Position numbers and translations under genes: made by a program. A DNA stretch of 63,919 bases, counting the filler, from Reticulomyxa filosa (taxonomy: Eukaryota > Protista > Foraminifera): assembly GCA_000512085.1 (NCBI GenBank). It is 25 parts of 25 records of this genome, joined end to end, with 100 filler letters (N's around TTAATTAATTAA, not from the genome) between each part and the next. Parts side by side here need not be neighbours in the genome. Positions count along the whole stretch, not along the records: positions 44,580 to 50,437 come from ASPP01027769.1; positions 50,538 to 51,613 come from ASPP01016865.1; positions 51,714 to 53,270 come from ASPP01042244.1; positions 53,371 to 56,303 come from ASPP01005102.1; positions 56,404 to 58,623 come from ASPP01028009.1; positions 58,724 to 60,579 come from ASPP01007713.1; positions 60,680 to 62,741 come from ASPP01020431.1; 18 more parts are not named here. One strand, 5' to 3'. The notes below the pieces were generated by a model. It did no database searches, was not told where the DNA came from, and worked only from the letters and a program-made list of their open reading frames with translations. Position 1 is the stretch's first letter. Each line of letters begins with the position of its first letter. Of the stretch, positions 48,222-61,361 are shown in pieces.

Positions 48222-50143
48222 TCTCAGCCCACTTTATTAATTCAATTACGATTTATCAAAACACAAACAAAAGTTGATTTTAGGACCTTTCAATTGTTTG
48301 TTATTTTTTTCTAAGTTTTTTTTGCAAGAAGCGTTTGCACTGTAAACCCCTTGCTGCAAGACATCACATAAATTCATTTTCTTTTCGAAAATTCGTTATT
48401 TTGTCGGAATTTATTTACTCAAGCTTTTTAAAGTTGTTTCTTATTTGATGCTCAAATAATGCAAAAATAGCCTTTTTTTTGGTTTTGTTCATAGCCAAAA
48501 ATGCTAGGGTCAAAAAAACTTAGATCTTTCTTCTTGTGCGCTTTTTCGGGTGGTAACGGCTGGAACGAAGATACGAGAGTTTTTTAATTTAAATTAATTC
48601 AACCAAAGTATTTTTGCAAAAATTCGTAAAAAAACAATAAGAAGATACTTATCACAGCATTGCCAAAAGTTACATTCAAAAGAAAGCGCACACAAAACTG
48701 TATTGCAATAAAAAAGTTTATTGAAGAAAAAGTCAATCAAAGCACAAGAGAAAATGTTGAAAAGTAACAGTTAAAAAGAGCAAGTTAAAATTTAATTGTA
48801 AAGTGGAAAAAATTCATATTCAAATGCACACAAAAAGAAATTTAAAGTCACGCAAAGTCGCGTCAAAAAAAAGAGTATAATAACAAGAATAAAAAAATAG
48901 TGCTGATATAACTGTTGTAGTGAGTTGCAGTAATATATGGCTTTTGTCCAATGCTTGGCGAAGTTTGACTCATTCAAAAAAGCAAACCAAAGTTGGGATT
49001 CGGATACAATACTATTAACTTTGCTTTTAGACGTGATGTAAAATGCAAGTATACTTTAAGTCATTTACTTTTCGACGATATTGCGTATTGATTTTTCACA
49101 ATTTATCGTGAATTGATATATTTTAATAAATATTGTATTTTTATTATTTGGAAGTGTTAGCTTTCAAATATTTTAGTTTCATATTTCTAATTTATATATC
49201 TTCTTTTTTAATGCATAGTGACGATTTGCATTTTGCTAAAGCTTCTTTTCTTACAATAATTTTTGAATTGCAGTACTACAAAATGATTACAAACATTAAA
49301 ATCAGATTTTTTTTAATTCATTTTTTATAACTTCCACAAACTAAAGTTATAATAATTGTTTTTTTGTTTTGTTTATTATTATTTGTATTAATGCTAAATC
49401 CAAATGTTTGACAATTTCAGCTACAACTACAAAAAAAGATATAACTTCGCTTTTGCATTCACAATAGCTAGTTGCAATAGTCACTTATGATCAAGTTCAC
49501 TGCTGTGTTCTTGAAGCTGTTTTTCGTCATTCGTTTGGTGTATTTTCTAGTGTAGTTTTGTGTGACGAATCTAACGAGCTAATGCGAAAAGACAAAAATA
49601 AAAAATTTGGACCCGTGAGCATTGGTCACATAGTCTAAATGTTTCATTTTTTATGTTTTTCAAACATTCGTTCATTTTTTAAAAAATTTTTTAATGAGTA
49701 TTTGTATGTCATTTAAAGGTAAGTGTAATTGATTATTTGAAAAGTGGACTACTTAGATTATTGTTTAATACTAAGATTTATTGTCATAAAACGAAGACGC
49801 AGCAAACGACTTTGCGTGACGTCGTTTTACTGTTGAGAAGAAAATAATTGACAAAGTATTTTTCATTAAAAATCCGAAGGTAAACAAGCGAATAGATTGA
49901 GATAATTGACTTTTATTACTTTATGTATGTGCTCAATAATTGTTTTATCTTTGGTTAATTTTGTTCAGTCATTGTAACAAAAAAGAAAAGTCTGTGACAT
50001 AACAGCGTTATTGAACTTTTCTCTTTTAGTGTAAAAAGTGATAAACGCATGTTATTGAGTGTTGCAGAGACAAAAAGAAAAGATGCACGAGTCTGTTCCA
50101 CAGCTCTTCCAGTTGCAAATGTTTAAAATGTAATTGGAAAATT

Positions 50144-50437
50144 TTACAACTCTTGTTTTTTCTTGTGTCGTTTGGAGGCACTCAACCAATAAGAATGCTC
50201 TTCGATAAAATCAGTGAAGTCGTTTATATCAGATGCATCGCCTTCAAAGTAAATACTGTCATCAATGCTTTTATTTGGTTTTGCCGGATATAAAAAGAAG
50301 GCAGGCAATTTATTGGGCGAGACAATCTCATCCATGTCATTGGCTTCAGCATTAAATATCGCCAATTTAATTCCTTTGGTAGGTTTGCCAGATTTGGAAA
50401 ATTTTGGAGTGTAAACACTCTTAGCATGCTCTCCCAA
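50144..50437 (-). CDS. Protein disulfide isomerase-like C-terminus with ER-retention-like signal
   Basis: LAIFNAEANDM...LPAFFLYPAK...IYFEGD...DFTDFIEEH is the end of a thioredoxin fold; C-terminal KQEL. Confidence 0.75.
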   Translation of the reverse strand: MGEHAKSVYTPKFSKSGKPTKGIKLAIFNAEANDMDEIVSPNKLPAFFLYPAKPNKSIDDSIYFEGDASDINDFTDFIEEHSYWLSASKRHKKKQEL

Positions 50438-50664
50438 NNNNNNNNNNNNNNNNNNNNNNNNNNNNNNNNNNNNNNNNNNNNTTAATTAATTAANNNNNNN
50501 NNNNNNNNNNNNNNNNNNNNNNNNNNNNNNNNNNNNNTTTTTTTTTTTTTTTTTTTTTGAGAGATGGTCCTAAGGCGATTTCAAATGAGTAACAGTTTAA
50601 AGAGTAATAAATTGATTTGAATAAATACATGTTGTGTACTGAAATAACGTAATTTATATGGGAT

Positions 50665-51500
50665 AGACAATGTGGCTAACACTGAGCTGTTTGTTCCATT
50701 ATTTTTGTGAAGAGAGTGAGCATTGGACACACGACTTGTCCGACACGTTAGTATACACGTTGATTGAACTGATTCGCTGTGACGAATGGACCGTCGAAAA
50801 ATTGTACCAATCGATAAACGACGGGAGCTTTGAAAATCCAAATGAAGCAGAAACTGTTGCCGAAAGTCCCAACAAAAGTGAAAGCACCGACAATCAGGCC
50901 AGTCTGTCGAGAAAGACTTTAAGTCGTCGAAATCGAAGTCAAGCCCAAACTCAAAGTCCTCATCAACAACAAAAGAAAAATAACAACACAGATCATTCAA
51001 CCCAATCAAAATCCAATTCACTGATCCACGATATGGTGCATTTCATCGTGGGGAACAAGGATAAACGAAACAACTTGGAATGCATTGTCCCATGGCCCAT
51101 TGATCCCGGATTTGAAACACAAGTTTTGTAGACTGTTTGATTACAAAAAAATAAATAAATAAAAATAATAAACAAACAGGTGACACCGTCGTGGATTGCA
51201 AGCAGTGCGCTGTCGCTTTTGCTGCAAAGAATCGATGACATGGTTTGGCACGAAACTGAAAAAACAACAAATGAGCTAGACAAAAACTTGCAACTGATTG
51301 TCTGTTATTTGAACGATTGGCTGGTGCTGCTGCGCATCACATTGCAATTGGAGATCTTGTGTAGCAAAGGCTATGTTTGTTTCTTCATTCTCGGCAACGG
51401 CAAACATGAACAAAGAGCTGAAAACACCCAAGAAAACAAGTCCAGTGAAAGCGAACAAAAAAATCAAGAGAAAAAGAAAAAGAAAAAAAGAAGAAAATGA
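50665..51500 (+). CDS. Internal exons of an unknown protein
   Basis: Two ORFs joined by a short GT..AG intron (about 51123-51179); no recognisable domain. Confidence 0.5.
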
Positions 51501-52957
51501 AGGAACAGAAAAAGAAACAAATCAATGTTCTTTTACTAGCAACATCAAGTCATTTTTTTACTTTTTACAGTTGAGACTTGTTTGCGTTTGCAAATCCGCA
51601 GTCATTCCAATGTNNNNNNNNNNNNNNNNNNNNNNNNNNNNNNNNNNNNNNNNNNNNTTAATTAATTAANNNNNNNNNNNNNNNNNNNNNNNNNNNNNNN
51701 NNNNNNNNNNNNNTTAGGTCTAAATGTTGATTTTTCATTGATAAAATCAATTATCATCATAAGATATGTTTTAGGCGTTCAGTTTTCTTTGCAACCTACT
51801 GCATATTAACTTCATTGTTGAACTCTAAGATAAAATGATAAATGAATTATGTAATAAACATATAAAATCTCTTAAATGAATTGTTCAAAGATCAATTTGC
51901 TGTAGATTCTGAAAAAGGAGTGACCTGTATATTCATATATCTCATTTGTTTATTTTTTTAATAAATAAAAAAAACTCAAAAGATGAATTAAATAAATTTG
52001 ATGATTATGAAATAAAACCAAAAATATTTTAAAATTTATCATTTAATGTATTTGATAATAATTTGATCAAAATCATTGATCCATCCTAATTTTATCATTT
52101 ATTATTTATTATTTATTATTTGTTTATTTATGTTTCATTAAGATAAATAGATAAATAAATATTATGGTTGTTATTATTTTCCTTTTCCTCCAATGATGTG
52201 TATATCATTGTCTTCTTTATTCAATCTCTCAATGGACTGGGTAAAGTGTTTTCAAATGTCACACATATGTATATTCAAAGAAATTGAAAATTGTTGCCAC
52301 ATTTTTACAAAATAACAAAAAAGAAACTACTCACAAATGAGAAAAGTAATAGGTAATAGTTTCGAGAAATTGTAGAAACAGTTTTATTAGAGTTCTTTGT
52401 TCGTAAATTTGTATCTGTTTTGAAAATTGGTCAATTGTAAGAAACAGCAGAAGACAAACAATAATTTCCTCCCTAAAATAACTTTATTTTGCTTCAGCAT
52501 TATTCAGATATTTTAAAATAATATTGGATAAAACAAAAATTAAAACCCTCAAAATAAACTGATTCTATTGTTTGATGAATTTTTTATAATTGTTTTTGAT
52601 AAAAGAAAGAAAGAATTATACTTGATAAAAATGCAACTATCTCCTTCTCCCTTAAAAGTATCTGTTTTAATTTTCGTATACAAAGGGTATTTTAAAATAC
52701 ATACTTTTTATTAGTCCTAGAATATTTTTCTTCTTGTGGCAATATCAACTAAATATAGTTGTAATTGTTATTGTCCTATTCAACACTATTCAACACTATT
52801 CAACAATATCCACACAATATGATATCTATTAAACGTCAAAATTTTCACATTATTGTCCATTTTTTTCTCACCCTCTTGCTCGTCAATTACATAATTCAAT
52901 TTTTAAGCGTTCAAACAAAAAAAAAAGGAGTTTTCTTTTGCAGTTAACTTCATCATC

Positions 52958-53270
52958 ATGCTTACACAACTTCAACAGACATTCCCCGAGATTAATCAAG
53001 AGATCATTTCAGATGTATTGGAAGGATTTAAGCAAGATGCTGAAAAGGCAAAGACTGTCTTAACATGGCTAACAAAGAGCACGTAACAATTATTTTCTTT
53101 TCTCTTTTTTACTAACAAAAACATTTCAATATTTTTTAACAAATCATTGCTTTATATATTTTAATACAGCACAAATCTACAACAACAACATTATTTAATG
53201 CATTTATTCAAAGAATTTGGCAATAGGCTAGGAAAAGAGACAATATCGCAGACATGGAAAAATTACAATC
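52958..53270 (+). CDS. CUE-like domain protein, 5' part
   Basis: MLTQLQQTFPEINQEIISDVLEGFKQDAEKAKTVL has the FP motif and helical pattern of CUE; intron about 53083-53169. Confidence 0.55.
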
Positions 53271-53418
53271 NNNNNNNNNNNNNNNNNNNNNNNNNNNNNN
53301 NNNNNNNNNNNNNNTTAATTAATTAANNNNNNNNNNNNNNNNNNNNNNNNNNNNNNNNNNNNNNNNNNNNTATTATTATTAGTGTAACAGTACGTTTTCA
53401 ACAGTCACAAATGCTTGC

Positions 53419-53562
53419 ATTTGCAAGTTTATTCATGAAAAATTAACGTTGTTTCAAAATTTTTTGAAAATGATATTACACATCCTGGACAATGTATTTA
53501 GTTTTTAATAAAAGTGTAAAAAATTGAAACAACGTTAATTTTTCATGAATAAACTTGCAAAT
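53419..53562. repeat. Perfect 39-bp inverted repeat with 66-bp spacer (MITE/foldback-like)
   Basis: ATTTGCAAGTTTATTCATGAAAAATTAACGTTGTTTCAA (53419-53457) has its exact reverse complement at 53524-53562. Confidence 0.9.
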
Positions 53563-54006
53563 ATTTGAATTTTTTCACTGTCAGCTCCACAACCTCAAGT
53601 TTCAGTTTATTATATACACCAAATGACACATTTGTCATTTTTTTTAAACACAAGAAAAGGTGGTATATGTGCAATTAAAACTCGCGAAGCATATATATTA
53701 TAATAATTCAGTCGAACGAAGCCTTTGGCCTATGAACAAAAGAGACAGTTTCGGAGAATGATGATGCAATTGCATCTTACAGATTTTTCATGGAGCAAAA
53801 AAAAACAAGGAATTGCAGTGTCGACAACATAATCATATTGGTTTCAGTTATAAAGGAGATAGTGTTACTTTCTTTGAAAGTGTACATCAGCTAAGAAATC
53901 TACCAAATATAATCTTTAGTGTGAGGTTTACAGGTTGTTTCTGCTTGGCCAGCGCTGTTTTTGAAGCTCCTTTTTTTTTTGACATTTGCAATAAAGGGCA
54001 AGGAAA

Positions 54007-55497
54007 ATGGGCAACCAGATCTGTTGTGGCAGGGTTAATAATTCCTCTAATGATATAGAAATCTTTTCAAAAATTTCACGCATGTGGAGAAAAAAATCTA
54101 AAAAAAACTTTGGGAATTGACACAAACAAACAAAGCATATACATGTATATGTATACATATATAAGCAATTGAAAAAGATCTAATGGACGCATGCGACGAA
54201 GGCAAAATAGGAATGGTGCAAAAGATTTACGAGGCGTTTGAGGCCTCAGGTTTTGACTCGACATTTCTGGACATTGAATGCGAGTCATCGATCGGTGCGA
54301 CACCATTGAAAAAAGCGAGTTCATACGGGCACGTGGGAGTAGTGCGACTGTTATTGGACAACTTTGGTGCAAACATAAACAACCATGGGGGTCTTCGAAA
54401 TGGACATGGGATATTGCACGGGACACCGTTATATTTGGCGATGAAATACCACCATTTGGACGTGATCTATGAGTTGTTATGCCACGAAGAATGCGACGTG
54501 AATCAAGTGAGCAATCGATACAACATAACTCCGTTAATGGTCGGATGTCGCCGTGGTCACTACATTGGCACTTGGTTGTTGTTACAAAGTGGCATCCCTG
54601 ACAGGATTTCTAATGTCGTTGATTGCAATGCAAAGAAATCAAAAAAACCCACAAAAGAGACAATAACAATGAAGAGTATGACAAGTCCAAAGAAAAAGGC
54701 ATTTGCATTTGCGGACAATACTTTGGTCGTGAGCAATTTGACACGTTCATTGAACAGACATTTATTCGGTATGAACATCCGTTATATGAACGTGAGTGCT
54801 TCATAAAAAAGAGTCACTATGATACGCTTACTGAACATCACGATTCCGATATGTATGCCACTTACAACTTCTATCGTCCCCATTATGAGTCTGCCGACAA
54901 GTCCGAGGATTACAGTCTTGTCGACCCCGATTTCAAAAAAAATCGAAAGCTGAAAAAAAAATCCAAGTCTAAGACATCCGTATTGTCGTCGTTATGTCTT
55001 TCATCACACACTCATCAAGTTAATGTTCATTTGCGCGAGTCCAATAGTGGCTTCAATGCTCTTCATTTGGCTGCCATGCATAATCCCAAAGCCCATATCA
55101 TGAGACTACTTTTGAACTTTGGCGCCGATCCTGATTGTATCATCCCTGGTATTCGTATCAAATGTATTATCACTTCCTTGTCTTTTTTATAAGTTTTATT
55201 GGTTTGAATCACGTACACAAAAATAAAACTGATATTTTTTTTTAAAAATATATTTTTTCAGAAAATGGAGAAAGCGTATTGCACCGTTGCTTGACTGGCT
55301 GGATGCTGAATGATGAAGACAAAAAATCTAAAGTGGAGAGCTTACTTATTCACAATGCCAATCCATTCATTCGAAACAAAGAAGGGGAAATGCCCTTCGA
55401 CAAGTCCAACGATGTTGGTATTGACTCTAGAGTTCGGCATGCTTTAAAAATTGGAATGGAAGACTTTTCTGAAAAAAAACAATATTTGATTGAATAG
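54007..55497 (+). CDS. Ankyrin-repeat protein (one probable homopolymer frameshift near 54641)
   Basis: GATPLKKASSYGHVGVVRLLLD, GTPLYLAMKYHH, ITPLMVGCRRGH, GFNALHLAAM...GADPD, GESVLH...ANPFIRNKEGEMPFD. Confidence 0.85.
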
Positions 55498-55723
55498 CTT
55501 TTTGCTTATTTTTTTCTTCCTTCCTCTCGGTGTCTATAAACACATATTAACCATGCAACTATTAGTGCATTCTATTTTCTTTTTTTGATGAGGTTTTTAT
55601 TGCAACTCCACAACTGTTTGTTACTAATAGCGAAATCAAATACATAAGTATTCGTCAAACAAAAAGAGAGGCCGATCCAATTGAAAATCAATTTCAAAAG
55701 TGAATCTTTTTTTTGTCAATTTG

Positions 55724-56206
55724 TTAAAAACAAGAACGGCATAATAAAAAAATGCACAATACAAAAATGCAAAATAAACAAAAGTACAAGTTTTGGTAGT
55801 CATTTAAATTTTGCTTTGCCAATTCATTTGGCAATGGATCATTTTTCAATTCCGACACTTTTTCTGCCATCTGTTCACACCATCGTTCGTTGAACGAACA
55901 GGCACACATCGCCACTCCATTCCAGTTTGTTCTCAGTCCGCTGTGCGTTACACACTTGGCCAAGCTTGACATGTCCTGTTGGAAGTTTGCATTGTCTCTC
56001 AATATTTTCTGTTTATCGAGAGTTAAAAGTTTGAACGAACAGGAACACGTCGCCACCTCACTCCAGTTTGTTTTCAATCCACTGTACGTCACACACTCGG
56101 CCAGGCGTGACACGTCCTGTTGGAAGTTTGCATTGACTTCTAATCTGTTATTCGATTTACCGAGAGTTGAAAGTAGTGAAACAATCAATAGCAATTTCCG
56201 CAACAT
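55724..56206 (-). CDS. Small secreted Cys-rich protein with an internal 47-aa duplication
   Basis: Signal peptide MLRKLLLIVSLLSTLG, then two copies of NANFQQDxSxLAxCVTxSGLxTNWxxVAxCxCSF (DNA repeat 55890-55994 / 56031-56135). Confidence 0.7.
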   Translation of the reverse strand: MLRKLLLIVSLLSTLGKSNNRLEVNANFQQDVSRLAECVTYSGLKTNWSEVATCSCSFKLLTLDKQKILRDNANFQQDMSSLAKCVTHSGLRTNWNGVAMCACSFNERWCEQMAEKVSELKNDPLPNELAKQNLNDYQNLYFCLFCIFVLCIFLLCRSCF

Positions 56207-56739
56207 GTGGATTTCTTTCTCCTTGCGTTATGCTATTATGATGTTCTTTTTTAATCGGATTGGTTATCCTTTCGGCTTTTTCTGTTTTTGTCGAAAAAAA
56301 AAANNNNNNNNNNNNNNNNNNNNNNNNNNNNNNNNNNNNNNNNNNNNTTAATTAATTAANNNNNNNNNNNNNNNNNNNNNNNNNNNNNNNNNNNNNNNNN
56401 NNNATCATTTTGATTACAATATTCACTTATTGCAATCATAATAACAACATTGTATACTTGCCTTTACCATTCCATCCACCAAAAAACAAAATCAATACAT
56501 TGACACAAATACATGCATATAAACAAAAATTCTCAATATAATCACAAGCATTTAGTTTACGCACCAAATTTTGCTTTTCTTGTTATGGAATTTTCATATA
56601 ATGGTTGTCTTTGCCTTTTCCATACATATCTTATACTATCACTTCAATTTAAATTAATACTGATTTCATTAATTCGTGTTTCTTCAATCTATTTTTTTTT
56701 TGTAAAATGAAAATGAAATGTTGTTGTATATAAAGATAT

Positions 56740-57490
56740 AATAAAAAATTATCCATTATTGCTTTTAAACCGCTTGTTGCATTTCCCACACTCAAATTTT
56801 TTTTCCCCGTCATGGGTATGCATATGCCTGTTAAGATTTGAATCACTGGTAAATTTCTATTTATTTTTTTTTAATTGAAAATTTTTTGTTTAAAAAAAGA
56901 ACGTAACTTTGCCGCAAATCATACACGTATACGCATCAATGGTGTGTACTCTTTTATGATTTTTCAATGATTTTTCATATTTGTATTGCCTTTGACATAT
57001 GTCGCAGGTGAATACAGGTCACTTGGCTTTTTCTTATTTTCATTTGAAATTTCTTTATTTTCATCTTCTGGTATTTTAAATATGGTTTTCACTACAGCTT
57101 CGATCTCTTTCTGTTTATTTATTTTATTTAAATATAAAAAGATGTTAAATAATTTTGTTCAGCATACCAATTGGTATGCTAACAGCAAGTTTATAATCTA
57201 TGTTATTATTTTTTCTTTTGTATCGCATTGATCATATAATTTATTTGTAATTTTTATTTTTTTAAAAAGATAACAATAAAAATACCTGGAGTTGTTCTAA
57301 TTTTTCTTTAGCCATTCTAAAATGACTTCTTTCATTCTTGCAATATACTCTTGTTGCTCATAATCAAATATCACTGCATCACAACCAAATATCTTGTAAT
57401 CCGCTCGATTTGCTTAGGTTCCATCTTTTTTAAATGATGTATTTTTTTAAATCATTTTCTTTATGCTTTGATTAATGTTTTCATTACTTA
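56740..57490 (-). pseudogene. Degenerate multi-exon gene of unknown function
   Basis: ADYKIFGCDAVIFDYEQQEYIARMKEVILEWL and KEIEAVVKTIFKIPED segments with stops. Confidence 0.35.
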
Positions 57491-57816
57491 AAAAAATTTA
57501 AAACAGCACTGATTAATTTTTGAAAAAAATAAAAGTTTCAAGTTTATATACTTTTACGATCAGCACATAAATGTAAATAAAATCTTGTCTATTACGAACA
57601 AAAAGAGTTTAACTTAATTTAAATAAAATTTTAATAAGACAGTTTGCCAGTTGCTTTCTTTAAAGCTCCAAATCCAGTACAGTATTTATTTATATACAAT
57701 TTCAAAGGCCACCCAAATAATTTTATAAATTAATTATCATTTCTTTACAAATATATTTCAAAAGACTTTCAAGTTACATTTTTTAAATGCCTTTTTTTTT
57801 ATTCTTTTTGAATTTT

Positions 57817-58085
57817 TGCGGATTTCTTGATGATTTCTTAAGGATTCCTTTGTAACTTTATCTTTAGATTCCTTGTGGACCCTTTGTGGAATTTTTTTTT
57901 GGATTTCTTAGGGTCACTAACGTGTTTCTTAAGATTCCTTGGGGATTCCTTGCGGATTCCTTGGGACCCTTTACAAATTTTTTAAGGATTCCTTGCAAAT
58001 TCTTTATTGATTTATTCACAAATTTATTTGCGAATCCCTTATGGATTTTTTTACTGGTCTCTGCAAATCGTTATGGATTTTTTTG
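57817..58085. repeat. Degenerate ~11-bp minisatellite (GGATTCCTTGC-like)
   Basis: AAGATTCCTTGGGGATTCCTTGCGGATTCCTTGGGACCCTTT and many decayed copies. Confidence 0.65.
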
Positions 58086-58488
58086 CTTTCTTTAGATTGT
58101 AGAATGCAAAATAAATTTGATACATAAAATGGCACCTTATAGAGATAATCATGGATCTCCATGAAAAAACAAGGTTTAATCCAAATTTTTTTTTAAATTT
58201 CTACAAATCATGTAGTTTTTAAATATTTAAAATGCTTTGGTTTTTTATTCCATCTTTCCTATTTTTTTCAAAGAGTTTGTTAAACTTTTTGGTCTTTTTT
58301 TTATTTAGGTGCATCTCGTTTGTTATTTTATTATTCTTTGGTTGTTACAATTGTCTAAAAAATTAAAAAATAGTAAAACATTTTTTGTTAACGTAAAGAT
58401 ACTAGCCTAGTAATGAAAGTCTCGTCTAAGTTGTTTTTTACGTTTTTCTTCTTATTGTTTTTCTCATTTTGCTTTATGATTAAAACAG

Positions 58489-58590
58489 TCAAAAGAAGAA
58501 GAGATCCAAATCATTATTCATCATTGGATTCGAACATTAAACACTAAATTAGGATGGGTCGAAGATTTCGACAAATTTGTTGTCAATTAT
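58489..58590 (+). CDS. Exon encoding the same N-terminal module as the WD40 gene at 5126
   Basis: AG|SKEEEIQIIIHHWIRTLNTKLGWVEDFDKFVVNY|GT; the contig ends in the following intron. Confidence 0.8.
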
Positions 58591-59322
58591 GTTAATCCAT
58601 TTGTTCTTTCTTTTTTTTAAATANNNNNNNNNNNNNNNNNNNNNNNNNNNNNNNNNNNNNNNNNNNNTTAATTAATTAANNNNNNNNNNNNNNNNNNNNN
58701 NNNNNNNNNNNNNNNNNNNNNNNTTTTTTTTTTTTGATTATTATTTCTCTTCTGCTTTTTAGCCTTGTTCCGTTGGTGAATTTTTTTTCTTGGTCTCAAG
58801 GAATGGTGGTGTTATAAATTCTATTTTGGTGCAACGAGGGGGGGGGGGGGAAGAAAAAAAAATTCTAAGGAGGGCAATGATGTTCCATTTAGTCAGCCAG
58901 TCACTAGTTTTTTCAGGAAGTTTTTTCCTCCCCCTTTTTTTTTTTTGCAACTCCTTTCGTACATGCTTACATATCCGTGCCAATGCAGACAAAAAAACTG
59001 TTCCTGGCACTTTGGTTTTTTGTTTTATTTTTTTAACAAGCTTCAAAACAAACCACATTTTTTATGCTGTAAATTTTTTGTTTATTGGATGCCCTTTACA
59101 AGTTAAGCTAAAAGCAGTTTTTAAAAAAATAAGGAAAACAAAGTATTGAATTGTTGTAATGAAATTGGTAAATGTTGTACGAAATTGAGAAACAATTCAG
59201 AAAGTAGCTTATACTTCAAAAAAAAAAGATATTGAAGGAGAAGCGTCGTGACCAAAAAAACTTGAGGACAAAGTAACTTCGCAAGAGAGAGAAAAAAAAA
59301 ATTATTTATATATAAAATATTA

Positions 59323-60264
59323 ATGCAAATTCCAAAGCACCCAACGCCTCGTTCGTCTCATTTGCGAGTGTCTGATTCAGGTAACTCTCCTTCATGCAAT
59401 GCGTCACGACATGGGAAGCGTGCGTCCCCTTCACAGAAAGGGAGGAAGTGCAACGACTCGCCTCGAGTGAACGGCAACGGGAGTGTGAGTGGGGACGGGA
59501 ATGATGAGAATGAGAATGAGACAAGTATAACGTTAGGAAAGCAGCACACAATAAGAGACCACAGCCCGCAAGGGATGGAAGGTAGAGTGGCAAGCACGGA
59601 ACATAGACAGGGGAGTGAAAGAGCAAGTGACGGCAACGTGGACGCGAGGAATGAGTTGTCCGCCAAAAAGCAAATGTCATATTCAAATCATAACATAAAT
59701 ATGAATATGCATATGCATATGCATATGCATATGAACATGAATATGAATATGGCTGTGACAATGGGTACAGAGAATGTGATGTCACGTTCGATTTGTAATG
59801 CAAATCGAAATGCACATCCGATCAGTTTGAAAGAAAGGGAAAGAGATAATCAAAATCAAAATCAAAATGAAGTTCAACAACAACAACAGCAACAACATGG
59901 TTCAAGCCCTTCTTTCAATCCAAAGTCTGTGACAAACATGAATACGTATAACTCTAGCTACACGTATAACTATGGCGGCCATCGATTTACTAGCAATCAC
60001 GTGCCGACGAACCCGACAGTCAACGCAGGCTCTTCTGCGTCGACCGTGACTATAAGCACTCTAAGTCCAATTCATCACAACTCTTCTGCCTCTGTCTCTG
60101 TCGCTGCTTCACATAATGCGACCATTCATTCGCCCAATTCATTTCCAATCACTTTGACCTCTTCACATTCGCATACCAATACGTATACGTACAATCGCAA
60201 CCGCAATTACAATCGCTATCCTAATCACAATAATCATAACAATCATAATAGCCATAACTATAAC

Positions 60265-60301
<37 letters not shown>

Positions 60302-60471
60302 GCCATAGTTATCAATCTCCGACGCTCAATGGTACTGCCAACTATTCGTCTAATAACTCACTCCAAATTTACCCTCCAAACTTTCACTTGCAATCCGCTT
60401 CGTCTTCCTTGTCCATTTCAACAGCCTCCAATACTTCCTCAGTTTTTCCCTCAATCTTTTTTTTTTTTTAA
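59323..60471 (+). CDS. Low-complexity Asn/His/Ser/Gln-rich protein region (3'-partial)
   Basis: 382-codon ORF with MH/MN dipeptide, poly-Q and poly-N tracts. Confidence 0.65.
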
Positions 60472-60711
60472 AAAAAAAAAAAAAACCGTAAGCATGCAGC
60501 ATGTACGGAGAGAGGGGAGAGAAAGAAGGAGTACGAACAAACCAATTGCATATGCATGTATGCGTGTGTGTGTGTATGTNNNNNNNNNNNNNNNNNNNNN
60601 NNNNNNNNNNNNNNNNNNNNNNNTTAATTAATTAANNNNNNNNNNNNNNNNNNNNNNNNNNNNNNNNNNNNNNNNNNNNATATATGTATATATGTATATA
60701 TGTATATAAAA

Positions 60712-61361
60712 GATCTCGACGACATTCCGAATCCGATTTACTCTCGCGAGAAAAGCAGAAAATAGGCTTCAGTGCAGGACATGTGAATGCTGAGTCACTC
60801 GGCGGTGACAATAGTTTGACCGTCATGTCTCCTCCACTCTCGGTCAATAGGAAAAGCCACGGCCATGCCAAACAAAACACTGGCAAGCCTGGACTTTTCC
60901 ACACCATTTATCGCAAATTGTCCGGGGTCGAAAAGGACAAAGACAAAGAAACACATTTACTTAGTGGACACAATGAATCTCACAACGAACCAAGTCTGTC
61001 CAAAGATGCTGAAGATGCAAGTGGAGGCGATATTGGAAACGATCACTATCATCAATTGAAGAAACAGCTCACGTTTGAAAAATCGCAATTGAAATATACC
61101 CATTTGTTATTGGAAACCAAAACGAATGATTTAAATACAATGCAAAAACAAATTCAAGATTTGCACGAACAACTTGGTACACTCAAAAAAGAAAAAGAAC
61201 ATTACGAAACATGTTTCTTCCAAAAAAATGAAGAACTGGAGGAAAAGAAAATTCTTGTCAGTGTCTTGGAAGATGAAAGAGAACAATTGATTCGAAGAAA
61301 TGAAGATTTGAACAGGTGCATCACTTTGCAAATTTCTGCCGCGTCCAATGGACAAAGTTGA
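60712..61361 (+). CDS. Coiled-coil protein, last exon
   Basis: Heptad-rich LKKQLTFEKSQL...QIQDLHEQLGTLKKEK...LEDEREQL. Confidence 0.65.

Noticed and set aside
48540-48585. GGAACGAAGATACGAGAG as U6 snRNA
   Set aside because: No ACAGAGA box or AGC triad in context.
55890-56351. + strand 153-aa ORF with repeat
   Set aside because: No ATG start and it runs into the linker; the minus frame has the signal peptide and conserved Cys.
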